Positions 25,085 through 36,985 of a DNA stretch of 64,000 bases are shown piece after piece (the first letter of the stretch is position 1; each line of letters starts with the position of its first letter). Origin of the DNA: Octopus bimaculoides (Eukaryota). Position numbers and translations under genes: made by a program. Where the stretch lies: assembly GCF_001194135.2 (NCBI RefSeq), contig NC_068989.1, positions 29,262,023 through 29,326,022 on the forward strand, written 5' to 3'. The notes under the pieces are model-generated. The model did no database searches and was not told where the DNA came from. It was given only the letters and a program-made list of their open reading frames with translations.

Positions 25085-25245
25085 TGAAGTCACTATGTCA
25101 TGTACAGATGGTCATGATGCATGTGCCTGGCGTACCCTTATGAGATGGGTAGTCATGATGGGTACATTGGGCTCTGTATTTATACCCCAGTGTCACTTTG
25201 ATGCCATGCATTGCTCTCTCACTCAATAATAATAATAATAATAAT
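25085..25245 (+). mobile_element. 3' fragment of a roughly 500-bp interspersed repeat ending in (AAT)n
   Basis: Reverse complement of 38722-38860. Confidence 0.75.
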
Positions 25246-25259
25246 AATAATAATTCTTT

Positions 25260-25400
25260 CAAATTCTGAGGGCATGGGACAAGTTGATTACATAAACTTC
25301 AATCCTTGACTGATACTTTATTTTATCACCCCTGGAAGGATGAAAATGAAGTTGACAAAGGTGGAATTTGAACCCAAAATATAAAGTGTCAGGAAAAACA
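25260..25400 (-). mobile_element. Degenerate family A SINE, reversed
   Basis: ggatgaaaatgaagttgac...ggaatttgaaccc, the reverse of the B-box region. Confidence 0.6.
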
Positions 25401-26084
25401 CCTCAAGGGATTTTGTCTGACACTAACTATTCTGTCATTTCACTACTGGTCTCTTTTGAAAAATAACACTAATTGACTTCAACTAAGTGGGCATAGTTGT
25501 GTGGTTAAGAAGTTTGCTTTACAATTACATAGTTACTGGTTCAGTTCCCCTTCATAACACTTTGAACTGTCTTCTACCATAGTGTGGTTTGCATTATACC
25601 TTATAAATAATCTATCTATCTACCTAGGTCGTCCCTCAGGATGCCCCTAAGCAATGCTCATAGTAAATGTGTGTGTGTGTGTTTTGTAAGATAAAAGGAT
25701 AATGCCATTAGTTGGATAGGTAAGGAGTAAGATGAGAAGAAATAAAATAAAATAGAATACAATAAAATAAATAGGATAAGATACAATAAAATGGGGAAAT
25801 GAAAGAGAATAAAAAGAAGCAAAACGATAAAGAATACAATAAAGGTAGTAGAGTACAAGGTTTAATTTTCTGTAATAGGTCAGTGGATATAATTTTTTTT
25901 TAAAGATTGCAGATATAAAAGCTTTAAAGGTTTGTGGACTAAAAGTTTTAAAAGCTGTAAAGGTTTAAAAAATTCTTCAAGTTTTGAAAGTTTAAGGATG
26001 TGTAAAATGCTTGCAGATATAGAAGTAGGTATAAATGTAAACAGGCAGATTGATGGATAGACAGGGGGGTTGTTGTTGTTGTTG

Positions 26085-27060
26085 TTGTATCTAAGAGGAT
26101 ACAGGCCACAATTCCTAGTGAAAATGTGTGAAATGCTAAGCAGATAAAGCGCGAGGGCACCAGTCAATATCTGAGACCTCAGAGCTGCCTACTATCAAAT
26201 CATGGCACCATAAGAACACACAGTAGCAGAATCAGTACTGTGAACAACCTACAAGTAGTGACAACAGCAACAACCAGTGACAACACAACAACTACTACAA
26301 CAGCAATAACAACAACAACAACACCAGCAATAAGAATCACAGGGAGAACAACAGCAAAAATGTTGACAGCGATAGCAATGACAATAATTGAAATGCCACC
26401 AGAGAGACTGGAACCATAAACAACCAAAAGAGTAGCAGCATTAATGATCTACACAAAAAGAACAACAGAGAGCAGATCAACAGAAGGAAGAATAAACACT
26501 GGGTCTACGTTGGCTTGCTCTACTGTGTATGGAGAGATAGTGGAGAAGCAGCTAAAAAAACAGCCTTGGGAGATCTGGCCTCCATGTCAGAATTCCAAGA
26601 CAGGACCACAAGCTCAAACACCAACCACACATCAGATGCCTGCTGCCTAGACCAATGTCCAATCTGAACTAAAGGACAGGGCCCAGCCACATTTTGAATC
26701 CAACATGGTTTAACTGATGATGCATTCCTGCAAAGAAGCATACATTGGATCAACCAGGTGGCAGCTTTACCTTAGAGTAAAGAAACATTTGTACAAAGCC
26801 ACACTGCCCAGTTCCATGTTCCAACACCACCAACACTGATAGAATTTCACATCCAGCATAATAGTGAGGAATGCAATTAGCCTCAGAATGACAGAGGCAC
26901 ACTTTGTTAGGGAGCAAGCACCTAACTTGAACCACCATAATGAGCTGAATGCAGAGAAACACTGCTGCCAGGATCTTTAATCGTCAAAGAGCAGAAAATA
27001 TGAATTTAACAGACAAAAGTTTGATGAAGAGCCCTATGTTTCAAGGCGCAAACTAAATAA
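26085..27060 (+). mobile_element. Penelope-like element, 3' fragment with GIY-YIG endonuclease remnant
   Basis: 26650-26980 reads SNMV*LMMHSCKEAYIGSTRWQLYLRVKKH...SMFQHH...LRMTEAHFVREQAPNLN (VY/YIG, R, H, E and N positions of GIY-YIG); upstream WVYVGLLY resembles the PLE linker. Confidence 0.75.
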
Positions 27061-27186
27061 GCTACAACGCCCAGCAACAAGGCTCACTCCAGCCACGTGC
27101 CACATGCAGGGTAAACTATCCTTCTATCTACCTACCAAACTATCTAGTAATCCACCTATCAGTCTCTCTACCTATTGAACTATCTA

Positions 27187-28585
27187 TCTACTACATATGT
27201 GGGAAACTCTGTCTGTGGGTGTGTTTGTTTGTGGAGTTGTTAGCTAACTCCTCCTACATCGTTTTATCAATTTTGATGAAACTTGACATGTGAGTAAAAC
27301 TCATGTCTGGAAACCTTATATCATACTCAGATTGTTGAAAAAATTTGATAACAGGGCCCATGGAATGGTCCTTATATATAACTAATATATTTTATTTTAA
27401 CAGCCAAGGGAAATAACCCATTCATTTTTCTATATTATTTGGTATAAATCAAATTGAGTATGCTTATTTCTTAGTATTTGAACTGTTAGAGTTATTTTCG
27501 CAATTTATCCAGTACAACCCTTAAACAAGTAAATAGTATTTTCCTAAACAATGGATCCACTTATTTCGATTAGTGACTTATTCACGAATATACCATGAAT
27601 GACGATGCCTTTCATGTCACTTTAGCCAATTGACAAGTGCTGCATGAAGAACTGTTCTGCTTTTAGACAAATGCACTGTCAACACAAAGGTCACACCCTG
27701 TTTACATGTAGGAACACCTTCTTAAAATCCATCTGTACATCTTGAAAATGGCTGGCGTGTAAATTTCACAGAAGACAATGCTCGAAACGTAGTTCTGAAT
27801 CCACGAGAAACCACTTTGACAGCTTTCTTCAAATTATGTCAATGTGATTTGTTTGCCCGAAAACTGTTGTATGTAGAAGTCCTCATGTACTATATCTGAG
27901 CACACAATAGATGGAACAGACGCAAGCAAGGAACACGTATTGAGGGCTGGGAAGAAGATGCTGTCTTCAGAAGTGGGGTCATCATGCGGGTGTACACTGT
28001 GCACCCTAATCAGCAGGAGTGCTTCTTTCTGAATCTACTGCTACACACTGTCAGAGGTCCTACATCATTCACAGACTTCCAAAGACACAAAGGTCTGCAT
28101 GACCTAGAGCAAAGCCTGCGGCAAACATGGACTACTGGAGGATGATGCTCACTGGGACCAGACACTGGAGGAGGCAGTAGTCAGCACAGCACTAAGTCAA
28201 CTGCACCAGCTATTTTTTTTAGGTGATCCACAAAACAAGCATGGCAAAGGACATCTAGAAAGGATTCAAAGGAAAACTTCAGCAGAAATTGCCTCGTTCA
28301 ATAACGCCATTTACAATGAGGCATTACTTGACCTGGACACCCAAGTGCAAGCTATGGGAGGTCAAGGCAATTCCACATTTGGTTATTACATAACTGACTT
28401 CAGAATTTGGGTATTCATAACTTATTGAGAATTCCTAAAAACAAGATCCTATGTAAGACAGTTTAGTATTCTCTGCAAATGCACAAAAAAAGTTTTAAGG
28501 GCTTATTGGATTAGTGAAACAATTATGAGAATAGAACCAAGGGATAAGCCCTGCTTTTCCAGGAATTACTGGGTACGTCAGCTAG
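27187..28585 (+). mobile_element. Non-autonomous Helitron, 1399 bp, with an internal RepHel remnant
   Basis: A|TCTACTACATATGTGG ... CCAGgaattaCTGG hairpin, CTAG|T. Confidence 0.9.
27700..28400 (+). pseudogene. Helitron RepHel fragment (between Rep and helicase domains)
   Basis: HLENG.RV.FTEDNA...ETTLTAFFKLC...RVYTVHPNQQECFFLNLLLHTVRGPTSF...HGLLEDDAHWDQTLEEA. Confidence 0.88.
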
Positions 28586-28592
28586 TCTATAT

Positions 28593-28686
<94 letters not shown>
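28593..28686. repeat. (GT)n microsatellite
   Basis: Direct reading. Confidence 0.98.
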
Positions 28687-28688
<2 letters not shown>

Positions 28689-28864
28689 TATATATTCCAA
28701 TCAGTCTATCCATATGTTTGTCTATTTAGCTCTTGACCCATTTATTTGTCTGTCCATCAACCTGCCTATCTACTTTTATAGCTATTTTTGAAGATAAGTC
28801 TAACCAAAGTCAATATATAAAAATGACTGTTACAATGATAATGACAACAATAGCTATTGTGCAT

Positions 28865-29042
28865 AAAAATATTTGTGTGGAAAAGACTTGCTTTGCAGTC
28901 AAGTGGTTCTAATTTTGATCCCTCTACCTTGGACAAGCCTCTTCTGCAGCAACTTTTGTTAGACTAATACTTTGAGAATGGAATTTAGTAGACAGAACTC
29001 GTGTGTGTGTGTGTGTGCGCGCACGCACGCACACACACACAC
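28865..29042 (+). mobile_element. Degenerate family C SINE head with (GT)/(CA) tail
   Basis: gtggttctaattttgatccc...cttggacaagcctcttc...gaatttagtagacagaa. Confidence 0.55.
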
Positions 29043-29599
29043 ATTAAATTTCTTATTGATGAAAATGAGTGGAAAATGCAAACACAAGGTGTGGGGGGAA
29101 ATTGGCACTCTTCAACTGTGGAAGCTTGCCAAATTTCTTCTGAATTAAATTAAACATTTCCTTGTTTCTCTTGCCATTTGAAATGCAGAGAACCAGTGAA
29201 ACAGTCATTGGAAACTCTAACTAATGACATTATTGGTCACAAAATGTAAATGGCAGCAGCTAGTCTTAATATAAACAGCAGTACAAAAGTATTTTCAAAG
29301 TCAAGAGAAGAATGGTTTTAAACTGAGTTTTATTTGCATATTATTGTTATAAAAAATATTATCTAATGAGTTACAATAACTTTGTAACTTTTCTAGTTTT
29401 TTTAATCGCTCATCATTCTCTCATTTATTTAACGTGTATTACTAACATGCTAATTGCTCTTGAATTAAAATAACTTCATTACTTGTAATTCGTTACTTTC
29501 TCTAATAACTTCAAGAATTGTATCCCTTTAAATACTTGACAAAATTCTCATGTGTTTTTATTGTTCTTTGCTTCACTATTGTCCTTTGCTGCTACTTCG

Positions 29600-32500
29600 T
29601 TTTTCTTGTGGTGATTTTCTTGTGGTGAAGCTAGCCATTTCTTGTTTGCGATGCACCCACCCTTTCCTGCCCCCACCACCAACACTGGAAATCCCTTCTC
29701 ACCTACCAGTAATCTCTTCTCTTATACAGGTAAGCTCTTCTCTAATACCGGTAATCTTTTCCCTTATACTGAAAACTCCCACAGAGCTCTACCAGAAGAC
29801 CTACATCTCTCTGTCCTTCCCTCCGTTCCAAACCATCTTTCTCTCTCTCTCTCTCTCCCTATATATATNNNNNNNNNNNNNNNNNNNNNNNNNNNNNNNN
29901 NNNNNNNNNNATATATATATATATATATATATATAATGGACTAATTCAACCAAATATCAGCCCATTTACTTACTTAATTTAGCATTGGTATATTTATATC
30001 TATATTTGCAGCAGCAGTAATACTTATATTTACAATGCTAACCTTACTCTCACTCTCAGTAGGGGCAAGGATCTTAGCATGCTTGAATGACAATAGGTTA
30101 AAAATGAGAACTGTTGTGATATGTCTGTTTTCAAACGATGATGGAAACCTTCTTTTCAGATGTTGAATAACATCTCTCTTTCCCATGTTCCCTCCCACAT
30201 GTCTTTCCCAGTTTTCATAGTTGGCACTGTAAATGTGGACACATTGAAATGTAGGTCTAACAAGATTGTAGAGATGCTTGAATGGAGGCGTTTTGATGTA
30301 TGTTGCATTCAAGAGGTAACGTGGAGAGGAGCTTCAGCCAGGTTCCTCACAGCTAAGAAACAAAAGTACAAAATCTTCTGGGAAAGTAACAGTGAGGGAC
30401 TAGGTGGTGTGGGCATACTTCTTGCAGAGAAATGGGTATATAAGGTCATAGAGGTAGTCAGAGTGTGCTTAAGCTCAGACTTGCAGAATACAACTATATC
30501 TGCCTACGCCCCACAAGTGGGCCTGACAAATGAACAGAAGGATCACTTTTATGATATTCTTCTGCAGACTACCTCAAAGACAAGTGACAACGATCACATT
30601 TTCATGGTTGGGGATTTCAACAGGCATGTCGGACGGCAGCTTGGTAACTTCTATAGTGTACATGGGGGCCATGGAATTGGTTCCTAAAATGAAGCAGGAA
30701 CAAGGCTACTGGAGTTTTGCAATGCAAATAACCTTTTGACCGGCAACACCAACATCAGGAAGCGAGCCAGCCACCTGATAACCTATCAATCAGGTGACTC
30801 TGCAGGCCAGATCGATTTCATTCTCACCAGACAGCAGGNNNNNNNNNNAGTATAGACTAGTCATTTGTGACTTTACACTCCAGCCTAGAAGGATGCCAAG
30901 AAGCAGACCAATATGCAAAAGCAGGATTTGGAAACTTAAGGACCCTTCATATGGTGAGAGATTTCAGAACATCAAAATTGAGAAACTTGATGAGAGGGAG
31001 GACAAGCTAACACAGAGGCATCTCACTACTGAGATGCTTAAAATATCTGGCAGCATGGGTTATGGTTTAGTCATCCATATTGTAAATCAGATAGTTCACA
31101 AAGGGGTCCTACCCAATGACTGATGTAGCAGCACCATAGTCAACTGCTACAAAGGTAAAGGTGATGCCTTAGAAATAATTACTGAGGTATCAAATTGTTG
31201 GATCAGGTGATGAAACTTACAGAGAGAGTCATAGCTCAACTGATTAAGGAGAGAGTTAGTCTAGATGAGATGTAGTTTGGTCTTCTGCCCGGTAGAAGCA
31301 CTACTGGTGCTATATTTCTGGTAAGGCAACTGTAAGAGAAATACCTAGCCAAAGATAAACTCATGTACTTGGCTTCTGTTGACTTGGAGAAAGCTTTTGA
31401 CAGGGTCCCCTGATCCTTTATCTGGAGGTCAATGCAGAAACTAGGGATAGACGAGTAGTTGGTGAGAGTCGTACAAGCCTTGTACAGGGACGCTACCAGT
31501 AAGGTGAGAGTGGGCAACAAGTACAGCAGGAATTCGGGGTACAAGAAGGGGTTCACCAAGGACCCTCTTATTTATCATAGTCCTCCAGGCAATAACAGAG
31601 GAACTCGAGACAGGATGCCCCTGGGAGCTCCTCTATGCTGATGACCTTGTTCTAATAGCTGAATCACTACCTGAACTAGCAAAGAAGTTCCAGGTATGGA
31701 AGCAAGGTCAAGAATCAAAGGGCCTTAGAGTTGACCTAGCAAAACCCAAAGTTGTAGTAAGTAGGAAGGCAGACAAATCACAAATACCTTCAGGTAGATG
31801 GCCCTGCTCAATCTGTAGAAAAGGTGTAGGTAGAAACTCCAAAAGGTACAGCAACATCAGAGGAAGGTTAACAGAGAAACTAGCTTTTGTATGTGGAAGA
31901 TGCATAGGTACAATAAATGCTGAAACATGCAGAAAATAGACTCCATCAACTGCCAGTGAGGAAAGCTAGAGGTAGTAGATAGCTTCCATTATCTAGGTGG
32001 CCAAGTTAGTAGTGGAGGTGGATGCTCTCAGAGTGTAGCTGTGACAATAAGATTAGGCTGCACAAAGGTCAGAGAGCTCCTATCCCTGCTGGCAACAAAG
32101 GGCCTCTCTCTCAGAATGAAAGGTAGATTGTTTGATGCCTGTGTGCAAACAGCTATGCAGTGAAACATGGGCTATGACAGCTGAGGACATGCGTAGGCTT
32201 GAAAGAAACGAAGCCAGTATGCTTCACTGGATGTGCAATGTCGCAATGTCAGTGTGTATGTTTGACAAAGCGTAAGCATCTTGAGAGAAAAGTTAAGCAT
32301 AAAAGGACTCAGATGTGGTGTGCAAGAGAGACAACTGTGCTGATATATGGTCATGTGTTGAGTATGGATGAGGAGAGCTGTGTAAAGTAGTGCTGATCTC
32401 TAACTGTGGAGGGAACCTGTGGTAGAGGTAGACTCAGGAAGACATGGGACAAGGTGGTGAAGCATGATCTTCAAACATTGAGCCTCACAGAATCAATGAC

Positions 32501-33190
32501 TCGTGACCGAGACCTTTGCCGATGTGCTGTACTTGAGAGGACCCATCAAGCCAAGTGCACCTCAGTTGGTGGCACATAAAGAATATCTGAACGTTGGGCC
32601 TCACAGAGACAAAGTGGTTGAGTTCCTTTCGAGCGTCAGGCCTCATGGAGGCAAAATGGCTGAGTTCCTTTCAAGTGTTTGGGCCTCACAGAGGCAAAGT
32701 GGCTGAGTTCCTTTCGGGCATCAGGCCTCATGGAGGCAAAATGGCTGAGTTCCTTTCAAGTGTTTGGGCCTCACAGAGGCAAAGTGGCTGAGTCTTTTTT
32801 TTTTTTTAACGTTGGGCCTCATGGAGACAAAGTGGCTGAGTTCCTTTTGAATGTTAGGCTTCACAAAGGCAATAACCAAGACCTTTAGCATCCTGTTGCA
32901 CTTGAGAAGAAGACCCATCAAGCCGAGCAAAATCACAGTCATGGCAGATACCGGTGTCACGCAAATTGGCACCAATGCCAGTTGCACATAAACACACCCC
33001 AGAGTTACACAAATGGAACGTAAAAACACCCATTACACACTTGGAGTGGTTGGCATTAGGAGGGGCATCCATCCATAGAAAGTCATGCTAAATCAGGCTG
33101 GAGTCTGGTGCAGTCTTCCAGCATACCAGCCCAGTTAAACCGTCCAACCCATACCAGCATGAACAACAGACATTAAATGAGGATGACGGT
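29600..33190 (+). mobile_element. Most complete RTE LINE in the window (APE-RT-C-terminus-3' UTR), with internal deletions and stops
   Basis: VGTVNVDTL, VCCIQEV, SAYAPQVG, GDFNRHVG and QIDFIL; VDLEKAFDRVP, LLYADDL; 3' tail ccgtccaacccataccagcatg. The 5' boundary is uncertain because of an N gap. Confidence 0.92.
32594..32870 (+). repeat. Tandem array of 42/43-bp monomers arranged as an 85-bp dimer, inside the RTE 3' UTR
   Basis: Units alternate ggcctcacagag(a/g)caaagtgg...(42 nt) and ggcctcatggaggcaaaatgg...(43 nt); about 6.5 monomers. Confidence 0.92.
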
Positions 33191-33659
33191 GATCTTCCTG
33201 TCATCTGAATAATGATGAACAAGGATCCAGTTACTGAATTAAAACTTCCTAGATTTTAAGAGAAACAAAAGCAAAAGGCTGGAAGTTTAGAGATGCAATG
33301 AAAAATACATCAACATATGAATTTAAAAAAAGGTAAAAGAAAACAGAGACAACAATTAAAAAAAAACTAACTGAATTGAATGAGACATTAATATTGATAT
33401 AAAGTTATGAAGAAACATCAAGTGAAATGTTATTCACTTTTGTTAGTGAAAATTTTGTAAGTAAAATTTTATATGATAAGCTAGTTTTGCTATAAGTTTT
33501 ATTAACAAAGATTTCAGTTTACTGGTTTGTGATGCATCAGAAATGAAGATGAACAAATGGTCAATAATATTTAAATAGAATTTGGTAAAATGAAAAACAT
33601 TAAATGTCTAAGATGAATTGTTAATAAGATTATAATCTCTCGGACTTTATGTTCACATT

Positions 33660-33790
33660 TATACCTTGTTGTAATTAGTCTGATCTCTAACCTTCTTTAG
33701 GTGTCTTATCTCTGGATACATTCACAGTACCAGACTGGATTTGAACAAGGAACATTCATTTCTAAATTAAGAGTAATAATGCTTTTATCC
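33660..33790 (-). mobile_element. tRNA-like SINE head (a further family)
   Basis: Minus strand gccagactggctgaatggataaaagc...gttcaaatccagtctggtac: A and B boxes with a paired acceptor-like stem and no intact cloverleaf. Confidence 0.55.
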
Positions 33791-34270
33791 ATTCAGCCAG
33801 TCTGGCACTATGGACACTCAGTAAAATGACATGATCATTATCATCATTGTGGTGGTGATGATGATTGGAGATCAAACCAACTGAAATATGTTGAAAAAAA
33901 TATTAAAAACATCTCCAAAACTGAGTTTAATGAACTGAAAAATTATAAACTTTAAAAAAAAAATGTTTCCATGTAAAATGTAGAAACTGGTATGTCAGAA
34001 ACCTCACAAGAAAGAAATATTCCTAGTTAATGTGTCCTTTGAATCCACCTACACACATAAGACTAAAAGGCATTGATATTTATTTACAAAACATCTTAGA
34101 AAAAGCAATATACTTCAGCTGGTGGAAAATTATTAATTAGAAATAAAAATGGGATTTATTTAAAAATCACCAAGTAAATTTTCAATGACATAGGGAACAA
34201 GGAGCAATACAAAACAAACATTTGAGATTCCACTCAACTAAAAAATAGTCATTAACAAAAGACAACTCAC

Positions 34271-34298
34271 CACACAGCAACATGCAACAGGAACTTAC

Positions 34299-34348
<50 letters not shown>
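34271..34348 (-). promoter_or_regulatory. T48-AG|GTAAGT recursive-splice-like site with a second donor 28 nt downstream
   Basis: A48 at 34301-34348; on the minus strand AG is at 34300-34299, GTAAGT starts at 34298 and GTGAGT at 34270. Confidence 0.35.
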
Positions 34349-34350
<2 letters not shown>

Positions 34351-34545
34351 GTAAAGATGTTTATTCAACAAACAAAAGTAAACATATTTACATAATTTCC
34401 AGGAATAAATATGATAAAGATTACTGTAATCTTTAGAAACAAAACTTCTACAATTTCTCATTTAAAGACACAGAACCATTTATGTCATCTAAATCCAATC
34501 TGAATACAGTAGTTTTAGTTTTACCTTCTACATAGTGCAAAACTA

Positions 34546-35070
34546 CACTAAATAGCAAAAGAAACGCGAGACATGTGTGACTGTGAAATATATCTTAATT
34601 TCATTATGTCAGAGATAAATTTTGATAAATCTAATAAAGTCAATTTCTTGGATGCACTTTGATCACATTCTATAGGTCATTGTCATGTGTTCTGGTAGTG
34701 GGTGGACCCAGCACATCGAGATTCTAGGGTGTGACATGTTCAATACCATATATGCCCTCCTTGGGTGTTCAAAACGGCCATACACCATTGGTACATGGAG
34801 TGCATGAGGCGGTTCACAAAAGTCATTGGCACCTGTGCCCACACCCTGAGGAAAGCTGCCTCCAGTTCCATATGAGTTGCCAACCTTGAGACCACCTGGT
34901 TCAGCCGTCTCTAGATTTCATCCCACAGGTGTTCAATTGGATTCAAATCTGGGCTGAGACCCAGCCATGGCATGGTTCTGATGTTGTGCTGATGCAGAAA
35001 GTTCATGGTGACCTTGGCTGTGTGGGAGAGAGCATTGTCCTGCTGGAACACATGGCTATGGTGAAAATGT
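34546..35070 (-). mobile_element. Tc1-like (DD34E) transposon, 3' end with one TIR
   Basis: FQQDNALSHTAKVTMNFL...MPWLGLSPDLNPIEHLWDEI; terminus TA|CACTAAATAGCAAAAGAAACGC. Confidence 0.9.
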
Positions 35071-35094
35071 ATTCTCCAGTTTGGTTATCAAATT

Positions 35095-35200
35095 CATTAG
35101 TTGTAACATTTGCTGCTGCAATTCTTGTTGTTGTTGTTGCTGTTTTTGCAACTTAACTATCCCAGCTAATAAGTCTTCCATATTTTACAACTTTCTTAAG
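35095..35200 (-). mobile_element. Fragment of the gypsy gag 5' region
   Basis: tgttgctgtttttgcaact...taataagtcttc matches 18935-18985. Confidence 0.55.
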
Positions 35201-35269
35201 TTTCCACAAGATTTTTGTTTCTTTTTTGTTGAGGTATTTAATTTTCCCTGGGAATTATGAAATTTGATA

Positions 35270-36985
35270 TTTTTCAGGCGCAAGCACCCCCATGGATCCC
35301 AGGGAGTGCATGGGGGGTATGGCTTTGGACCTAGAAATAAGGAGGGAACAAAACTGTGGGAGTCCTGCAATGCAAATGATCTCATGATCTGCAACACTAA
35401 CTTCAATAAACCAGCCAACCACTTAATTACTTATCAATCTGGTGAGCACATAAGTCAGATTGACTACCTTTTCATCAGGCAACAACATAGGTTACTAGTT
35501 TGTGACTTCAGAATTAGAGCTAGAAAGATTCGGAGAAATAAACCAAACTGGAAAAGAAGACAATGGAGGCTCAAAGACCCAACAGAGAAAAATTTAGATA
35601 TTTACTTGTGGAAGCTTCTGACGAAAGAGAGGAAGAGTTGGGGACATATAGCTTAGAGGATAACTAGAAGTTCTTGTGGGACAATCTACTGAGAGCTATG
35701 GATAAAATCTGTGGTTGGTGCAGATTCCCAGCTAGACCAAGGGTGACATTTTAATAGAGTAAGGAGGTTGACAGTGTTATAAAAGCAGCAAAAAGACAGG
35801 CCTGGAAAGACTGGAAAAACAGTAGAAGCAAAGAATTATATCAGGTAGCCAAAAGGGCAGCTAGGCATCAGGTATATATAGCAAAAGGACTAGCTGAAGG
35901 TAACAGAATTGCAAAAGTCCTACAACATGAAGATCAGAGGCATGAGTTGTTCAGGATTGCAAAGTAGTGTATCAGAGAAAATAGAGATGTGGTAGGTGTG
36001 CGAATGGATAATGGTATGCTTGTACTTAGTGACTCAGAGAAGAAAGATGCATGGAAGTGTCACTATGAAAGGTTACTAAATGTGGAAAATGAATGGGAGA
36101 AGGAGAGTCTACCAAATATCAAACCAATTGAGGGAAAGTTGATAGTAGCATAATAGATAAGGCAATTAAGGACATGAAGGCAGGGAAAGCTCCTGGGTCA
36201 TCAAGAATCACTGCCAAGATGATTAAAATTTCTGGTGGCATAGGATACAGCTTAGTCACCAGTATAGTTAATCAGATTATTCAGGAAGGCACCATCCCCA
36301 ACGAATGGTGTAGTAGCATTATAGTTAGCTGCTACAAGGGCAAAGGTGATGCTTTAGATGGAAACAACTACAAAGGTAGACCAAGTCATGAAATTTATTG
36401 AGAGGGTTATAATTCAATTGATTAGAAATAGAATTAAATTGGATGAAATGCAGTTTGGTTTTGTACCTGGAAAGAGTACCACAGATGCTATTTTCCAAGA
36501 GAGGCAGCTGCAGGAAAAACACTTGGCCAAAAGTAAGCCATTGCACTTAGCCTTCGTCGACCTGGAGAAAGCTTTTGACAGAGTTCCCCGCTATGTTATA
36601 TGGTGGTCTCTAAGGAAGTTAGAAGGAGAGGAGTGGCTTGTTAGAGTTGTCCAAGCCATGTACAGTGATGTGAGAGTCGGCCATGAATACAGTGATGAAT
36701 TCAGTGTTCAGGTAGGGGTTCACCAGGGCTCAGTTCTCAGCCCACACTTATTCATTATAGTCCTCCAGGCCATAACAGAGGAATTCAAGACTGGGTGCCC
36801 ATGGGAACTGCTATATGCCACATAAAAAGCACTAAATCTACTCTGCTGAGCGGTTGGTGTTAGGAATGGTATCCAGCTGTAAAAATCTTGCGAAAACAAT
36901 CACAGAAGTCTGGTGCAGGCTTCGGCCTAGCTGGCTCTTGTGAAACCATCCCACCCATGCTAGCATGGAATGCTGATGTATTTAA
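35270..36985 (+). mobile_element. RTE LINE fragment (end of APE through RT) joined to a 3' tail
   Basis: HLITYQSGEHISQIDYL; MKAGKAPG; QFGFVPGKSTTDAIF, FVDLEKAFDRVP and GVHQGSVLSP; tail ccatgctagcatggaa. Confidence 0.92.

Noticed and set aside
29705-29740. Third AG|GTAAG site with a pyrimidine tract
   Set aside because: Part of a 21-bp tandem repeat in the presumed RTE 5' region, and the donor is GTAAGC.
32594-32870. CRISPR-like periodic repeat
   Set aside because: Units are contiguous with no unique spacers, lie in a LINE 3' UTR, and there are no cas genes; the DNA is eukaryotic.
34301-34348. Processed pseudogene poly(A) tail
   Set aside because: No upstream ORF, no AATAAA at a suitable distance and no TSD; kept only as an alternative explanation for the splice-like site.
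30160-36825. Intact or active RTE, or a domesticated RT gene
   Set aside because: Every copy has stops, frameshifts and deletions; the longest open piece is 175 aa.
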